From contig NW_021832120.1 in NCBI RefSeq assembly GCF_006345805.1, positions 310,001-374,000 of the forward strand: 64,000 nucleotides of DNA. The letters are read 5' to 3'. Below, one piece after another: positions 25,531-38,364 of the stretch. The position numbers and the translations under genes are program-made. The number at the start of each line of letters is the position of its first letter. Within the stretch, counting starts at the first letter, position 1. The notes under the pieces were generated by a model that was not told the DNA's origin, did not search any database, and saw nothing but the letters and a program-made list of their open reading frames with translations. The stretch is from Octopus sinensis. Its lineage: Eukaryota.

Positions 25531-27656
25531 CTAGGAATCGAATGCGATTAGTTTGGCGGAGAACATTACGTGTCGAATTGTTTCTGGCAGTTTCCCTGAT
25601 AGCATCCTGTTCATTAGTTTGGTGATAGCCAACACGAGCCATACCCCAGAATTGCCCGTGTTACGACCAATAAGATCTTTGAGGTGGCCCTGACGGAGCC
25701 CATCTAGTCCACCACTGCTGCTCGGGACAAAGGAGAGAATCCCATCTTTTACGTTTTCTTCGGAGACAAGTAGATTGGGTAATTGTCCTGGGCAAGGAGG
25801 AATCCGATGTTCGTCTGGGGGACTTGGGTGACGTTCAACAAGTGATGCGTAGGACTGTTCAGACGGCTCAATTATACGGTGTTGGTCTGCCAGAGTCCTC
25901 ACAGCAGCACGGATTCCACCTTCCAAAAGTTTTCGACGGATCGCACTTCGTAGTCTCTGAGTGTCAGAAATAGGCTTCTCATTTTGGGGTTTGTAGGTAG
26001 GCTTCTCTGAGTCTGCGAATAGGTTCCTTGAGACGAATGTGCGGACGTTCTCCTTTACTAATGACGTAAGTAATTTCTCTTCTTTCCCCCTCCTATGGGG
26101 TATGCATAGTGTAAATGGGGCGAAGCAGAATAGTCGTAACCAATCTTCAGAGTCGTCCGAAGAAACTACTTTTTCGATACACTCACATAGACAGTCCGCG
26201 ACAGATATACGGGCAGCTTTGGGAATCCTGATCAGGAGTCTTCGTGTATGTGTCAGGGTTGATATCAATTCAAGTATTCCCTGATGGTCTAGTGCAGACG
26301 TCACCAAACTACGGCCCGCGGGCCGGATCCGGCCCGCGACAACATTTTATCCGGCCCGCGCACTATTTCTCGAGATATTCAATTAATACCTATAATTAAC
26401 TTAAATAAAAACTTTAATTAAAAAATTAAACTATTTTTGCAGATGTATTAAATAGATTTTATAAACTCCGAAGTGAGATTGATATTTTTCTAACCAGTAA
26501 AATAACTATTATCCCGAATTATCAGATCTCTTGCTTGGCTATCAAAATTATCATTTTTGGTTGATGTTACAACTCACATGAATGAGCTAAATCTGAAATT
26601 ACAAGGAAAGGAAACTTAATTTGTGATTTCTACAGGATAATTAAAGCATTTCGACAAAAATTGATGTTATTCGAGTCACAACTTGGAGTACGTCAGTTTT
26701 CACACTTTTCTTGTTTTAAAAGTTTTTGTGAGGCAAACTGTAATGAGATCGACATTACTTTCCAAATTGGAATTATCAAAGAATTAAAACATCATTTTTT
26801 ACATAAGTTTTCTGAACTTGACAAAATTGAAAGCGATATAATTTTGTTCGAAAATCCATTTTCTTGTAATGTTGAAAATGTTCAACATGAATTACAATTA
26901 GAAGTTATTGACTTACAATCAATGAACAGCTCAAAGATTGTCACAGACGGACAAACTCGCTGAGTTCTACGAATATCTCAAGGATGATGAGTTTCCGAGA
27001 CTAAAGAATTTTGCGATAAAGATGATTTCTATATTTGGCACAACTTACCAATGTGAGCAAACGTTTTCGAGGATGAAATATGTTAAGTCTGCCCATCGTG
27101 CAAGATTGACTGACGGACACTTAAAATCAATTCTCATGATAGGATGCAGCAATTTAAACCAAATATTGATGAACTTATCAAAAAAAGATCACAGTTCCAT
27201 AGCTCTCATTAAAATTTTTGTTTACTTTATTTTTGTTTAAATTTTTTTATTGTAAAAAACACACTTATGAATTTCTAGTAAAATATAATCCTATGCACGT
27301 GCTCCGGCCGCGTTCATTGTGTTGGGTTCAATCCGGCCCGCGAGTGCAAAAAGTTGGTGACCCCTGGTCTAGTGGGACATGTTTGGAAGGTAGCGTATAG
27401 GAGAGTTTGTCGCATTATCTGGTTGGAAACATGCCCGACAATGCCAATCAGAAATGAGCGCCAGGGCTCTTTTAGTCATTCCGGCACAGGACATGTGGAA
27501 TCCACACGAGCAGGCCGTGCAATGGATCATCCTCTTTCTTTTGTTAATCGTGTTGCATTTTTTGCAGATCTCATCTTCTTTTGCAGTTTCTTGCATGTAC
27601 TTTTCCGATTTTTCCTTTCTTTTTTCTCTTCTTTTTTCTTTTTCTTCACACCACAA
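25531..27656 (-). mobile_element. CRE-like retrotransposon N-terminal portion with upstream PHD finger, interrupted by a hAT
   Basis: 25531-26294 reads RLLIRIPKAAR..W.RLFCF..KLLEGGIRAAVRTL..HPSPP..SSGGLDGLR..HLKDL. 27429-27566 encodes a C4HC3 finger. The two parts become contiguous when the hAT at 26295-27366 is removed. Confidence 0.75.
26295..27366 (+). mobile_element. Non-autonomous hAT (SPIN-like)
   Basis: Perfect 8-bp TSD gtctagtg (26287-94, 27367-74) and imperfect TIRs cag(ac/gg)gtcaccaa. The C-terminus reads SIFGTTYQCEQTFSRMK. Confidence 0.92.
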
Positions 27657-27699
27657 CAGCGCGCGCGTGCAATGGCATCGCCCCTGCCTGTCAATTGAA

Positions 27700-28030
27700 T
27701 TAAGTTTTATAAATTTGTCAACAACAGCAAAAATATCTTGACCTCGTACTCTTCCATCAGGATCGATACAAAAAGAAAATCCTCAACGATCTTGTTTGCC
27801 TCGACAAAACGTACAAAAAAACCAAGTGACAAATCAAAGTTATATCAGTCGATTCATCAAACTGGATGCTTATCGGAGAAGAACTGCAGTTAATACGATC
27901 AACAATCTGAGACAAGATATCACCAGATATATCATGAATTCTTCGATAACCTATATCATTTGACAAAGGGACCTCTTTGAATCCGAATACAGAATCGGCG
28001 CCAAGCAAAATTCAAGTTTATATAGATAAA
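27700..28030 (-). mobile_element. hAT (ZBED5-like) transposase remnant
   Basis: SNDIGYRRIHDIS..ISIQFDESTD. Confidence 0.65.
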
Positions 28031-28268
28031 ACGACCCGGTTTGATATAAACTTATTCTAACGCCTGCTGATAAAAAATGTTTGTCGTCCGTCCTTCCACG
28101 ACATATATGAATAAATTTTCTCTTCTGCCTACCCTTGAGCATCCCACATACAGCTATTCATGTGAAAACCATTTGCACTCTTATAAACCTTTAATGACTG
28201 TCCCTGAGACTTGTTTTATTGACATTGCAAAACTCATTTTTAAAGAAAATTGCAGCTTCAATCTAAAC

Positions 28269-29920
28269 CAGGGGTGTCAAACTCATTTCGCTTTGAGGGC
28301 CGCATTTTGTAACAATTTCGCTTTGAGGGCCGCATTTATAATAATTTCTCATTAAGGGAAGATTAGTTCTGATATTTATTATTAAGAGAAACTAAATTAT
28401 TGAATTATCGCCCTTTAATTTTGGTGAGAGCTGCTTCCAGAGGATTGACATCTTTTTTTAGATACAATTTTTGATATGTCAGGCTGAGCTATTCGTGTAG
28501 TTCCGACTTTTATTAAAGAGGATAAATTTTCATCAGTTAGTCGTGTTCTTTGAGCAGTTTTTGTCATTTTCATAAATGAAAAAAGCTGTTCACACACATA
28601 TGTCGAACCAAACATAGCAATGATTTTTGTTGAAAACTTTTTAAGAATTTTTAAACTTTCCAGGAAGATATGAAAAGAAAGCAGGTATTCCAACCTCCAA
28701 ATATTTAGCTTTAAATATAGAATCTGATTGGATTTCCAATAGTTTCATTTGTAAACTTTCATGTGCATTGGAAACATTAAAAGAGAATGGTGATGCGAAT
28801 AATGAAAATTGTTGTTCAAAAGACGAAAAATCATTAAATCTTTCTTGAAATTCCTTTAACAACGATTCTAGTTGTCTTTCATACTGAGAAAAATTCATTA
28901 CATTATGTGCATCACAACAGTATTCCTGAGCTCTTTGCACGTAAATCTTCATTTAATAGCTGAAACTTCCATAATTTTATTTTCGAAATAAAAAACTTGA
29001 TATGATCTGACAACTAAGTTATGAGCTTGTCTTTGCCCTGCAATTCTAAATTAAGGTCGTTCATATGTGTGGTAATATCCACTGCAAATGCCAAATGTTT
29101 GATTCAAGATTGATTTTCATTTCGTCTGTGTTTTGCACTTTCATCTCCATAAATAAAATTATTTAAATCTTTTAACAACTTTGTGAAGTGATAACCACGG
29201 ACTGGAGTATAAAAAGGAATGTCGCTGAACTGATTATTAATATCTGTCAGCAGTTTACTAAACTGCCGTGGTTGAGGGGATGACCTCTGATATAGTCTAC
29301 TGTTTTCGTGACCAAACTAACGGTATTTTCCACTTTTAATATCTTTGAGCACGAATATTTCTGATGAATAATACAATTAAAATGAGCATGCTAGATGAAA
29401 TATTCGAATTTTAACAAATCAGACTTTAATTGGTGTTTCAAATTTCATGCCATTTCATTAATGTGTTCGGAAACAGTGTTTCTTGTTAATGAAATATCTT
29501 TAAACAAGATAAATTTTTTCAAGAGCATGAAATAATTGTATGATAGATGATTAGATTGATAATGCCTCTTTAGGTTGTATTCTTTCGGTATAGCGATAAA
29601 CTTGTTACATATCAAAAAATGTATTTTTCCATCAACCATTGTGCAAAAATAGAAAAGTTCCCATTTATCTTGAAACACTCTCCGTTCATCTTTCAAGGAG
29701 CATTTCTTTTTTATTCAAGAAGAAGCACGTGACATTAACAAACACGATTTAAAAATACAATTAAAAATTTTAATTAAATGTAAAAAAATAAAAAATAATT
29801 TTTTGCATTTTATAGCCATTAAATCAGACCGCACTTATGTTTGGCAAAGTACGCTGAGGGCCGCACCTATGTCTTTCGAGGGCCACATGCGGCCCGCGGG
29901 CCGCATGTTTGACACCCCTG
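28269..29920 (-). mobile_element. Non-autonomous hAT (SPIN/GTF2IRD2-like)
   Basis: 14-bp TIR caggggtgtcaaac and a perfect TSD atctaaac (28261-68, 29921-28). ERRVFQDKWE, EYNLKRHY and AMFGSTYVCEQLFS are present. Same family as 60961-62544. Confidence 0.93.
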
Positions 29921-30019
29921 ATCTAAACGGTAATTCATCAGAATAATTGGCAGGATCTAAAATCACCTGCCAATACAACTATTACCCCCAAACAGCAGTT
30001 CGTTACAATTAATCTATTA

Positions 30020-31300
30020 TGCGAAACTGAAGATAGTACCCATTGTATTAACATGGGATGGGCTGGTTACTCAAAAATTTCTACAATATGTACATTCGCT
30101 TAACATCAGTGAGAGAACGTATGCATACATTCAATTACTCACTATAAAGAAGACCCTTGAGGTCACTGTTTGTTTCTTATAAAAACAGAGTTGAACCGTG
30201 GGAAAGAACGCTTGAACTGGACAAAAGAATAAACGATATTTATCACCAAATTAGTATGACTTCAACATCGCCCCTGCCTGTCAATACCTCGAAGGGAAAG
30301 AGGCTGGCTTGCCTACCTGAATCACTTTGGGAATAGAGAGTGTAGCGATCAGAAGGATAAGTTTAATTAATATCTGGATTTGATAATTTGTTTTTGGAAA
30401 TTATTCCAAAATAAATTTAATATCAAATTTATTCTCAGAAGAAAACTCTTGCTTAACAGAATCAGCTGTAAATCAATACACTCGATAATGTTTAAATGTG
30501 AGGAGTCAAATATCGACGTATCTACTTATTTGCAATGAATCTAAAAATGGAACAATGGTCCACGGGGCAAAGCATTGTACTGTCTTTTGCAAGATAGGAA
30601 TTTGTTCTTTGCATACAAAGGATCACTCTGCGTCCATGGTAAAAAAGCAAGCAGACTGTTGACCATATAGCCACGCGATGTGGTAGGATTCTAAAAACTG
30701 ATTTCTCAAAGACATAATGAAGTTGTTAAGTGTGTTCATCTTCACTTATGTCGAAGTATGGAATTAAACAAAACAGGAAATTGAAAGGACATTTGGTTCT
30801 GTCGATAATATCGACCCAAAATGTAGAAATCAGAGTTGACACGTTAATTATGACTGAAACGAAAGTCCAGTTCAATAAACATGACATTTTTGATTACGAA
30901 AAAAGAAATAAATTTAGTAATCAAAGTGGGCATTACCTCAAAAGATAGTTTAAAGAAAGTTAAAGTGGATAAATTTAACAAATACGACCTCTTTGCAGAC
31001 AAACTGTCGATCCTCTTTAAAGCGAAAGTAAAGATTATTCCAATTGTCTCGAAATGGGATGGATTTGCGGCAAAATTTTTTAAAATTCATAGGGATAAGT
31101 TATCCATTAAAGTAGGAACTAGGACATAACCAGGCGGTTGTGCTGAAGAGGACGCTGAAGAGTATGTTTATTGAACAGACACGGACTGAAAGTAGACAAT
31201 GAAGAGTACTCCTCTGCTGCCAATCAACTTGCGGAGGTGGCATATCGCAAAGACACGCAGCTGAACAATTACTTTGAAGCAGAAATGGAAAATTAAGGGA
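30020..31300 (+). mobile_element. Two NeSL/R4-like retrotransposon 3' fragments (30020-30260 and ~30420-31300)
   Basis: KIVPIVLTWDGLVT..YIQLLTIKKTLE; TVDHIATRCG..RHNEVVKCVHLHL; KIIPIVSKWDG. Confidence 0.68.
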
Positions 31301-31928
31301 AGTTTGTGGAAAACTCTTCTTATTTATTAAAAAATCACTTATTTATTATTTATCCAAGCAAAGAAAAAAATCACTGACGATTTGGATTCTTAATTAAATA
31401 ATTTAAAATAGAATTTACATGATTAATAATAAAAAAAGTTATGTAAAACTGGTCCGTTCAAAACCGGTGACATGTGTAACCTTGAATGGCTTTTTCAACG
31501 GATCGCGATATTACGTGGGGATTGCCTGTCAATCCGTGAGGAGTGCAACTAATTTAAATTAGAAACAGTTCTTTCATGCAATAAAATATATGATAAAAAC
31601 CTAAGATGTGTATTTTACTTTCATTTTTCCAATGCTTTTTTAATCTAACTGTTTATATATACTTGGAGGCTTTCTTTGATCTTTAGAAGGTCCATATTTT
31701 TTTGAAAAATGTAGACAACTCAGGAACGGACAAATGGAACAAGATGAAGTAAACTTTATAGTTATTTAATCTTGAAAGTAAATGCTCCCCTCAGGTTGTT
31801 GATCATTTATTTAATTTAGAGAATAACCCCCGTAATAATCACCTCAGATGTGCCTATAACTTTTTGACGTAATCAGCAACACCACAAAGATTGAGCAATT
31901 TGTATGTAATACATTTGAATACATATAA

Positions 31929-32988
31929 TCATAATTTTTTATATAGACGGCCAATACGCTTCCATCCATCACCTCGCTGTTTAATGGGGGATGAATATAT
32001 TGACACATTCCTCACAACACGCGACAACACTCCAACATTCTTTGTCCCCTCACAACAAGAAGTACTCATAGACTTTGAAAACCTGGCCAACATCCTCTCA
32101 TTCTCCTTCTTACATTGCTTTCCCATAAAACAAATCACTAACCACATAATATTCTCGCCAATTCTGGTCCTCCTTCTTTCCGCGACTGGATCGAGTATTA
32201 ATTCTGGCACAATGATCTTTCCACAATGACTGTGTGTGACTCACAAACATCTAAAAGTCACCAAAACACACAACAGGATTAAAATACTCAATCCTCGCCA
32301 ACTGCTCGGGAGTGCACTTTTCCAAGACGGGCCAGAACAACTGCAGAGGGACCAATCCGACGTGTTCTATCTCTACAACACCGACAATACGAATACTGTT
32401 GATATACCCTAACAAATGTTCCAGACACAGGGATTTTAAGGATGACACGTCTGTCCACATTATTTAATTCCTTACCCTTATTCACTCTTTTTTGTCCTGA
32501 AAACACCCGCGTTTTTGATGTTTTTTTTGAAAGTGACAAATCTTGGACTTGGCTTGTCCTCGAAGGCCTATCCAAAATCGAGTCCACGATCTACACTCTC
32601 AGTCCTTCAACCACCTTATTCACTGCCTTCCGAGGGATCCGAGTCTTAGGAAATATATTTTGTTGAGGAATTTGGGCTTGTCGATGGGCACAGGGAGACC
32701 ATCATTTTTGTTGATCAGATCAACGTTGCGGACAGTTGCCAGGATTAGGGTCTTCTAGTCTCTGATGAGAGCACGGGCCATAAAGCCCACCGAGCCAGGA
32801 TGGTTTCGGAAGAGAGCGACCGTCCTTCCTATGCCTGACACTGCGATTGTACAAAACTCGATGTTTTTCATATTTTTGAGTTTATTTAAACAGTTTTTGA
32901 TCTACTTTTATTTCTAAAAATATACTCGACTGGAGTCAGGGAAGTCATTTAAAATTCCTTTGACTACAAGAACCTCATCAAGTGACAT
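31929..32988 (-). pseudogene. ELOA: Elongin A, full gene structure but with a premature stop and a frameshift
   Basis: TFIIS-N domain SGIGRTVALFRNH..VG..AR.LIRD*K, with TAG at the conserved W (32755-57). Also KTRVFSGQK, SLKSLC..PVLEKCTPEQLARIE..LWKDHC..WREYY and six 24-25 nt introns. A frame change is needed in the linker. Confidence 0.82.
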
Positions 32989-33099
32989 TAATATAATAAT
33001 TTATAACTTTCCTCCCACATTAACATAATAAATCAAAAAAATACAAAAATCTGTTTAATTAAAAAATAGTCCTTTCAACTGAGGGGTATAGTCTTGCTC

Positions 33100-33500
33100 A
33101 TACCATTAATCTCCAACAGGGCCACATCCGGGATAAATGCTTGTTTAATTTTTGGTTGATACAAACCCCAGGCCGTAGTGAAATGTCGTTTGGAGTGTGC
33201 TATTTTAGAGTTTCCATGTTCTTTTATTTTCTTACGTTTCGGGGAACAGATGGTCAGCTCGTGTTGTTACAGATCTCTTGAAGTTTTTGATACACGAGAT
33301 TGAGTCTTGGGATAAAAGCGTGAGAAAGACATTTGTGCAAAAGAGGACCTTCACCACCTCAACAAAAAACTTTTCTTTTTCCTCGTAAATCACGTTTTTA
33401 GGTTGGAAATAACATCTTTGAACTAAAAGACACAATAACGCAGAATTTATCAAATCTATCAACTTAAAATAGCCATTGGGCATTTTTTTCTGTCTCTAAA
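33100..33500 (-). CDS. Candidate coding fragment of unknown function
   Basis: ORF 33232-33483 plus a continuation reading RHFTTAWGLYQPKIKQAF. No family was recognised. Confidence 0.22.
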
Positions 33501-34249
33501 AAAGAGAAATGATGTCATCAGTAACAGTCCATTGAACTTGTCGTATAAAGACATAATACAGTCAATCCTTTGCGGAGATGTCCCTATGGACGCTGATGAC
33601 TAATCAACCCCTAGAAGAATGGTCGAGGAGCATGTTAGCAATGAATATTGATGTGTGTTAGTTTAGGCATCACCAGTGAACAACATTCGTCTATATACTT
33701 TTCAGATGTATCCCTGTCTCAGTGAAGGAGATTTAATTATTTCCAGAGGCACCAAATAATCGAAAATATCCCAATCGTATGATCAAATCGATTCAACTAT
33801 ATACCAAATATCCCAAGTGGCTAAAGATACGTACGAGCTTAAAGATATCAATAATTTGACTGATGATAAAAGAATTCGTTGAGAAATCAATTATTATACA
33901 ATCTATTAGGTAAGATCTTTGTGGATTTGCCAAAGTTCAAATTTGAACTCCTAACAAAAACAAAAATTATGTTAAATTAATATTAGAAAATAACTTTTCT
34001 CCTAACATAGTTTGATCCACAGTCAAAAAACTTTAACAATTAAATTATTCAAACTGCCTTTCTTATTTGAAATTAAATTAATTATTTTGTATATCTAACG
34101 TTGAGAGGCCCAAAAATTTCGAATAAGTTGATAATTACTCGATTCCTCAATTTATAAAATGTAATGTAACTCACATAATTTACAAATAAAAGCATTCCAT
34201 TAGGTGTAATTAAAATTCTGTGGGATATTTTCACAAATATTTTTTCAGC

Positions 34250-34500
34250 CGACACGGAGGAAAATTGCGATACTTAAAGAATTCTTGTCCACCAGATCCC
34301 GATGGAAGGCATAGTCTTTGAGTGTTGAATGCAGAATCGGGCAGCCTCAAGCCAAACTGACGAACCCACCGACTACAAGCAACAGAATAATTGTCTTTCG
34401 GTAAGGTTTCTTACAAAGATGTCTGTGAGAATACTTAAAGTAGAGTGAGGGGATAGGAAAGCAGGAAGAACCAGATCTGGATCAAATTAAATTGCCTAGG
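34250..34500 (-). mobile_element. CRE-like retrotransposon fragment (post-RT region)
   Basis: LTERQL..SVGSSVWLEA and DKNSLSIAIFLRVG resemble the SGAWLxA...IAVxLRLG segment. Confidence 0.4.
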
Positions 34501-34649
34501 AAAGTGCCATGATCAAATGGGAAAAAATATTGTACTTTCAAGGATAAAAATCCTTATACAGCGCTAGGTCAGTCAAAAAGTTATTCATCACAGATTAAAC
34601 AGGATTTGACATTTCTGTATTATGACATACATGGTAGTGGGACCCATTA

Positions 34650-36130
34650 GAGCAGTGCTTCCTGATTGGGAGTGCCTGAAATTTTTTGGAGGTGCCTGAA
34701 GTTAAAAAAATAAATTGTAGAGTCAATTTTTTATCTTTATTTTTTTCCATTATTTCAACAAATTATTACATTTCACTATGGAATGCAAAAATATCTTTCC
34801 TAAAGATTATTCGTTTCTTTAAAACTATCAGCAATTCCTAGCATTCTCTTAACCTTCTTGCAAAAGATATAGAAGTAGTTGACGTTAAAGAAACTATCGT
34901 AAAAGTAAATACTTTCGGAATGTCCATCTTCCAGTTGTATGGTACAAATCTGCTGGAGGAAAAAAACTTGTTCTTGCAATCGATGTTCGCTGGAACACTA
35001 TCAGATTGTTTTGAATCTTATCTGGATAATTTTTTTTAATAAGTATTTGTCAAAATTAATGTTGATTAATGAAACGGGCTGGAAGCCGACGCGATTGAGA
35101 AAGATTTAGAGCGTACTATCGCGAAGGATATCCGCTCGAAAAACCATTTCAATTCGCGGGCGTGGCCTGTGAGAGCGAACATGCGGGATCCGATCTCCTG
35201 AACGAAACTGATTGCCTTTCCGCCCGAGGAACCGGAAGTCTTAACCGCGAATGGAAGGAGTTGGAACTTCGTCGTAAATGAGGAGTACTTCCACATCTTT
35301 TTGCATTCCGCGGTTGTGGCGATAGATCCAGGGGCGGATGCGGACATCAGCAGGTTCTGAGACGAGAAAGAGTCCACACACTTGGCATCCCAGGTAAAAG
35401 GCTTCCCCCTGTTGAAGGAAAACACAGTGATCCCGTCAGGCCTTTTCCCATCCCGTCAGGCCTTTCTGAATAATTGGTCTACAATTCTGAGAATTTGTGA
35501 AGAACACAGATCCTATATTGATACAGATATTGCTTCTAAAGTCAAAATATTTGCTTAAAACGTCGTGTTGAAGAATATTTGCGGCTGATTAAACCAATTG
35601 CTGTCGCTTTAGACAAAATGCAAAATGATTCTACAAAGATTTGCCATTCTGTAGAAATTTAGAAAGAACATGAACAAACTTATATGGACTATGAATTTAT
35701 GGCTATTTTAGAAAAGTGAAAACTCGAACTGATCAAGCATTAAAACCTTTCCGCTTACTTCCAAATCTAATGGACCTAGCCTGTAGTGAGAATTGACCTT
35801 GCTTTTTAATATTGTGCTGAACATTATGAATATGCTTTCCTGACTCTGATTAATTTCAGAGCAAAAGCTGAACCATTTAAGCAATACATGTTGGATCTAA
35901 ACTTATTGAGTAAAGTACCACCTATAGCTTGGTGGGAGTCGAACTCTTGTCAGTTATCTTCTAAAACAATTTCACTCTTCAAAAAAATTCTTAGAACAGC
36001 TGGCTCAACAGCTGAAATAGAACGAATTCTTTTGAATTTATGATTTTTTACATTTGAATGTACAAAATAGGCTTAGATTTGAAAAAGACTGCCAAACTTA
36101 TCTTCATTTACAAGCTTTTAAATAAATTAT
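34650..36130 (+). mobile_element. hAT transposase remnant (DUF659-type), interrupted by a REL insertion
   Basis: HSLNLLAKDI..DVRWNT..PIAVALDKMQ..PIAWW..GSTAEIER..NRL. Confidence 0.7.
35031..35465 (-). mobile_element. 5'-truncated CRE-like REL insertion with poly(A) tail and ~9-bp TSD
   Basis: ctggataat (35022-30) and ctgaataat (35466-74) flank it, with poly-T at 35031-37. The protein reads KPFTWDAKCVDSFS..PFAVKTSG..SFAIVRS. A 15-bp duplication (tcccgtcaggccttt) lies at the 5' junction. Confidence 0.85.
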
Positions 36131-36179
36131 TATTAAAAGCACTGCCGAGAAGTCATAAACTAATTAAGCTTCCCTTGTG

Positions 36180-37900
36180 CGCGTGAACAACAATACTGTC
36201 CCACAACCTTCTCCAGGTGCCTCATTTAGCATCGATGGAAGTGTTGTCCTTGGTCTTCCTCGGAATGCGTCTCCGCATTGCATATTGGCAGTACAAACGA
36301 GTTGTATATCCTTATTTTCGTTTTTCCAGTAAGCTTCTTTTTAGTTCCCCATAGAGACATAAGCTTTCTAAAGGCTCCATTAGAAAGGATTTTCCTTCGG
36401 GTAACATCCTCTGTGTCTCCCAGGAGCGTTCCCAACTTTTTGCGCCTTCTCCATGATTCATCAATGCGTCTTTCCGATCGGCTTAAGGATATATATTCGG
36501 TTTTTTCGGTGTTCACAGTGAGAAAGAGAATTTCTCCGTTGTCCGACACAAAGTCCAAGTCATCTGCGTAGGATATTCCGTGATAATCATTTTTTATAAC
36601 TGATTTAAAGTCCCTCAGAGCGGCCTCAAGATACACAATAAAAAGCACGGGAGATAGCGAGTCTCCTTGTGGAACACCCCGTGTTGTTTCGAAGTATCTT
36701 GATGTCGTCTTTCCGACTTTAACGGCAAGTTGGGTGTTCACTAGGAGAAGGTTTATCATTCTTGTTTCGTCTGAATGGAGGAAGCTCTTTAATACTTCCA
36801 TAAGGAGCCCTCTGTGAATGGAGTCGAAGGCCCGAGTCATGTCTACCCCAAGAATTTCAATACACTTTTTATATTTTTGGCACAGGGCACCAGTCCATCA
36901 GTATGTCCAAATTACATCACCTGTTGATCTTCCCTCCCTGAATCCACTCTGTCCATGGGATAGAAAACTGTTTACTCGGTCTTTGATTCGAGTCAGTATA
37001 ATTAGCGATAATGTCTATCTCAATGTTGATAGCAGAATAATCGGCCTCAGGTTGCCAGGAGGTCCTCTCGGTTTCCCGGGTTTTGGTAGTGGAATTAACA
37101 ATCCTTTCCAATATCTAAGTTTCCGTTTTCTTTAATTGCTTTGTTCAGTATGTGTGTGATCACTTCGGCCAGCTCGATTGGTCTAAATTTGAGGAGCTCT
37201 GCAGGAATGTCGTCTGGTCCGGGGGACTTTTGCAGTTTAATTTCTTAATGGCATCCATAGTTTCTGTAATATTAATATGACTGATTATTCGAGTGTCTTG
37301 AATGTTCAGAATTTCATTGACTTCGCTATTTTGGTTGAAAATTTCGTGGAAATATTCCGAAATGATTGCAGTTTTTTCAGGTTCACTAATAACTGTTCTT
37401 CCAAGTTTATCATGCACAGTAATATGGTTTGTTCTTTTTCCTCTGTTTATTAAACGAACAGCTTTTAACATCCTCGTTCCATTCTTATATTTTTCAATTT
37501 CAGCCACTTGCTCCTCAACTTCTTTTCGTAATTGACGTTTTCTCCGTCCATAATATGTTTGCCGGCTGGCTTATGTCAATTTTGTTAATTTCTCTTCTGA
37601 GATTTTCACTGTACTCAATTCTCTTTGATTTGTCGTAAACAAGTTTCTCTGTGTCGATGGTTTCCATTTGTCCTGTTCTTTGTACGCCAACTGTCCCATG
37701 TAATCTCTTTAAAACAATCCTAGTCACAACCACTTAATGATCACTGCTGGTTTCAAGGCCATCTCTTTAAAACAATCGTCTCTTGGAGACAGCAGATACT
37801 GACACGGTGATTCCAGAGATCCCGTGCAAGTTGGTGCTGTTTGTAAATGGATTTCAGTCCTCTTGTGTTAAAGCTCCCAAGTGAAAACGTGGGGGACGTC
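36180..37900 (-). mobile_element. RTE-clade LINE, frameshifted, with APE core deleted and 3' end missing
   Basis: SFNTRGL..CLQET..SDH, RPIILL, DMTRAFDS, GVPQGDSLSP, YADD and KKLGTLLGD. Confidence 0.87.
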
Positions 37901-38364
37901 GTGAAAGTTGTAAAACGCGAAAAACACATATCCGTAACAGACAGAGGTAAGTCACCACCTCAACCAAAAAAATAAATAAATACGATTTCTATTTTTCTAT
38001 TTATTTTGAACAAAAATCATTTATTTCATAGAAATCTGATTTAAATCAAAACAATCCTGTTTAATCAAAAAATGTATAAAAAAAATTTAACAACCCTGAT
38101 TTTAAGAATCTTCTAGCCAAAGCACATTTCAAGCAAATGCCTCTACTTCCATTAGAATATACACCCCTAAACGGAGAAATAAGTAACAAAAGGGACTTAT
38201 TCGGTCACATTTTGAAATGGACAAGAAAAATCTCACGATTTAAGGTCCCAGACGATTTAAGGTCCTGAGAAAGCTTTCAAGAAACAGAAAGAATTGGAAA
38301 CAATCGATAAAACCAGGAATATTTTTAAGGAACAAAACCCAAAAAACAGAAAATGACAAATAAA

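Noticed and set aside
27676-30286. Shared 20-mer catcgcccctgcctgtcaat (~27676 and ~30267) as a retrotransposon target site or U6 fragment
   Set aside because: The U6 similarity is limited to a short core. On the minus strand both copies read (V)LTGRGD in a coding-like context, which fits remnants of one repeat family better.
32755-32757. TAG at a conserved Trp in Elongin A, suggesting stop-codon reassignment
   Set aside because: Stops in the other decayed genes replace different residues (for example Gly in GAR1 and an acidic or Gln position in katanin) and co-occur with frameshifts. The intact genes end with both TGA and TAG.
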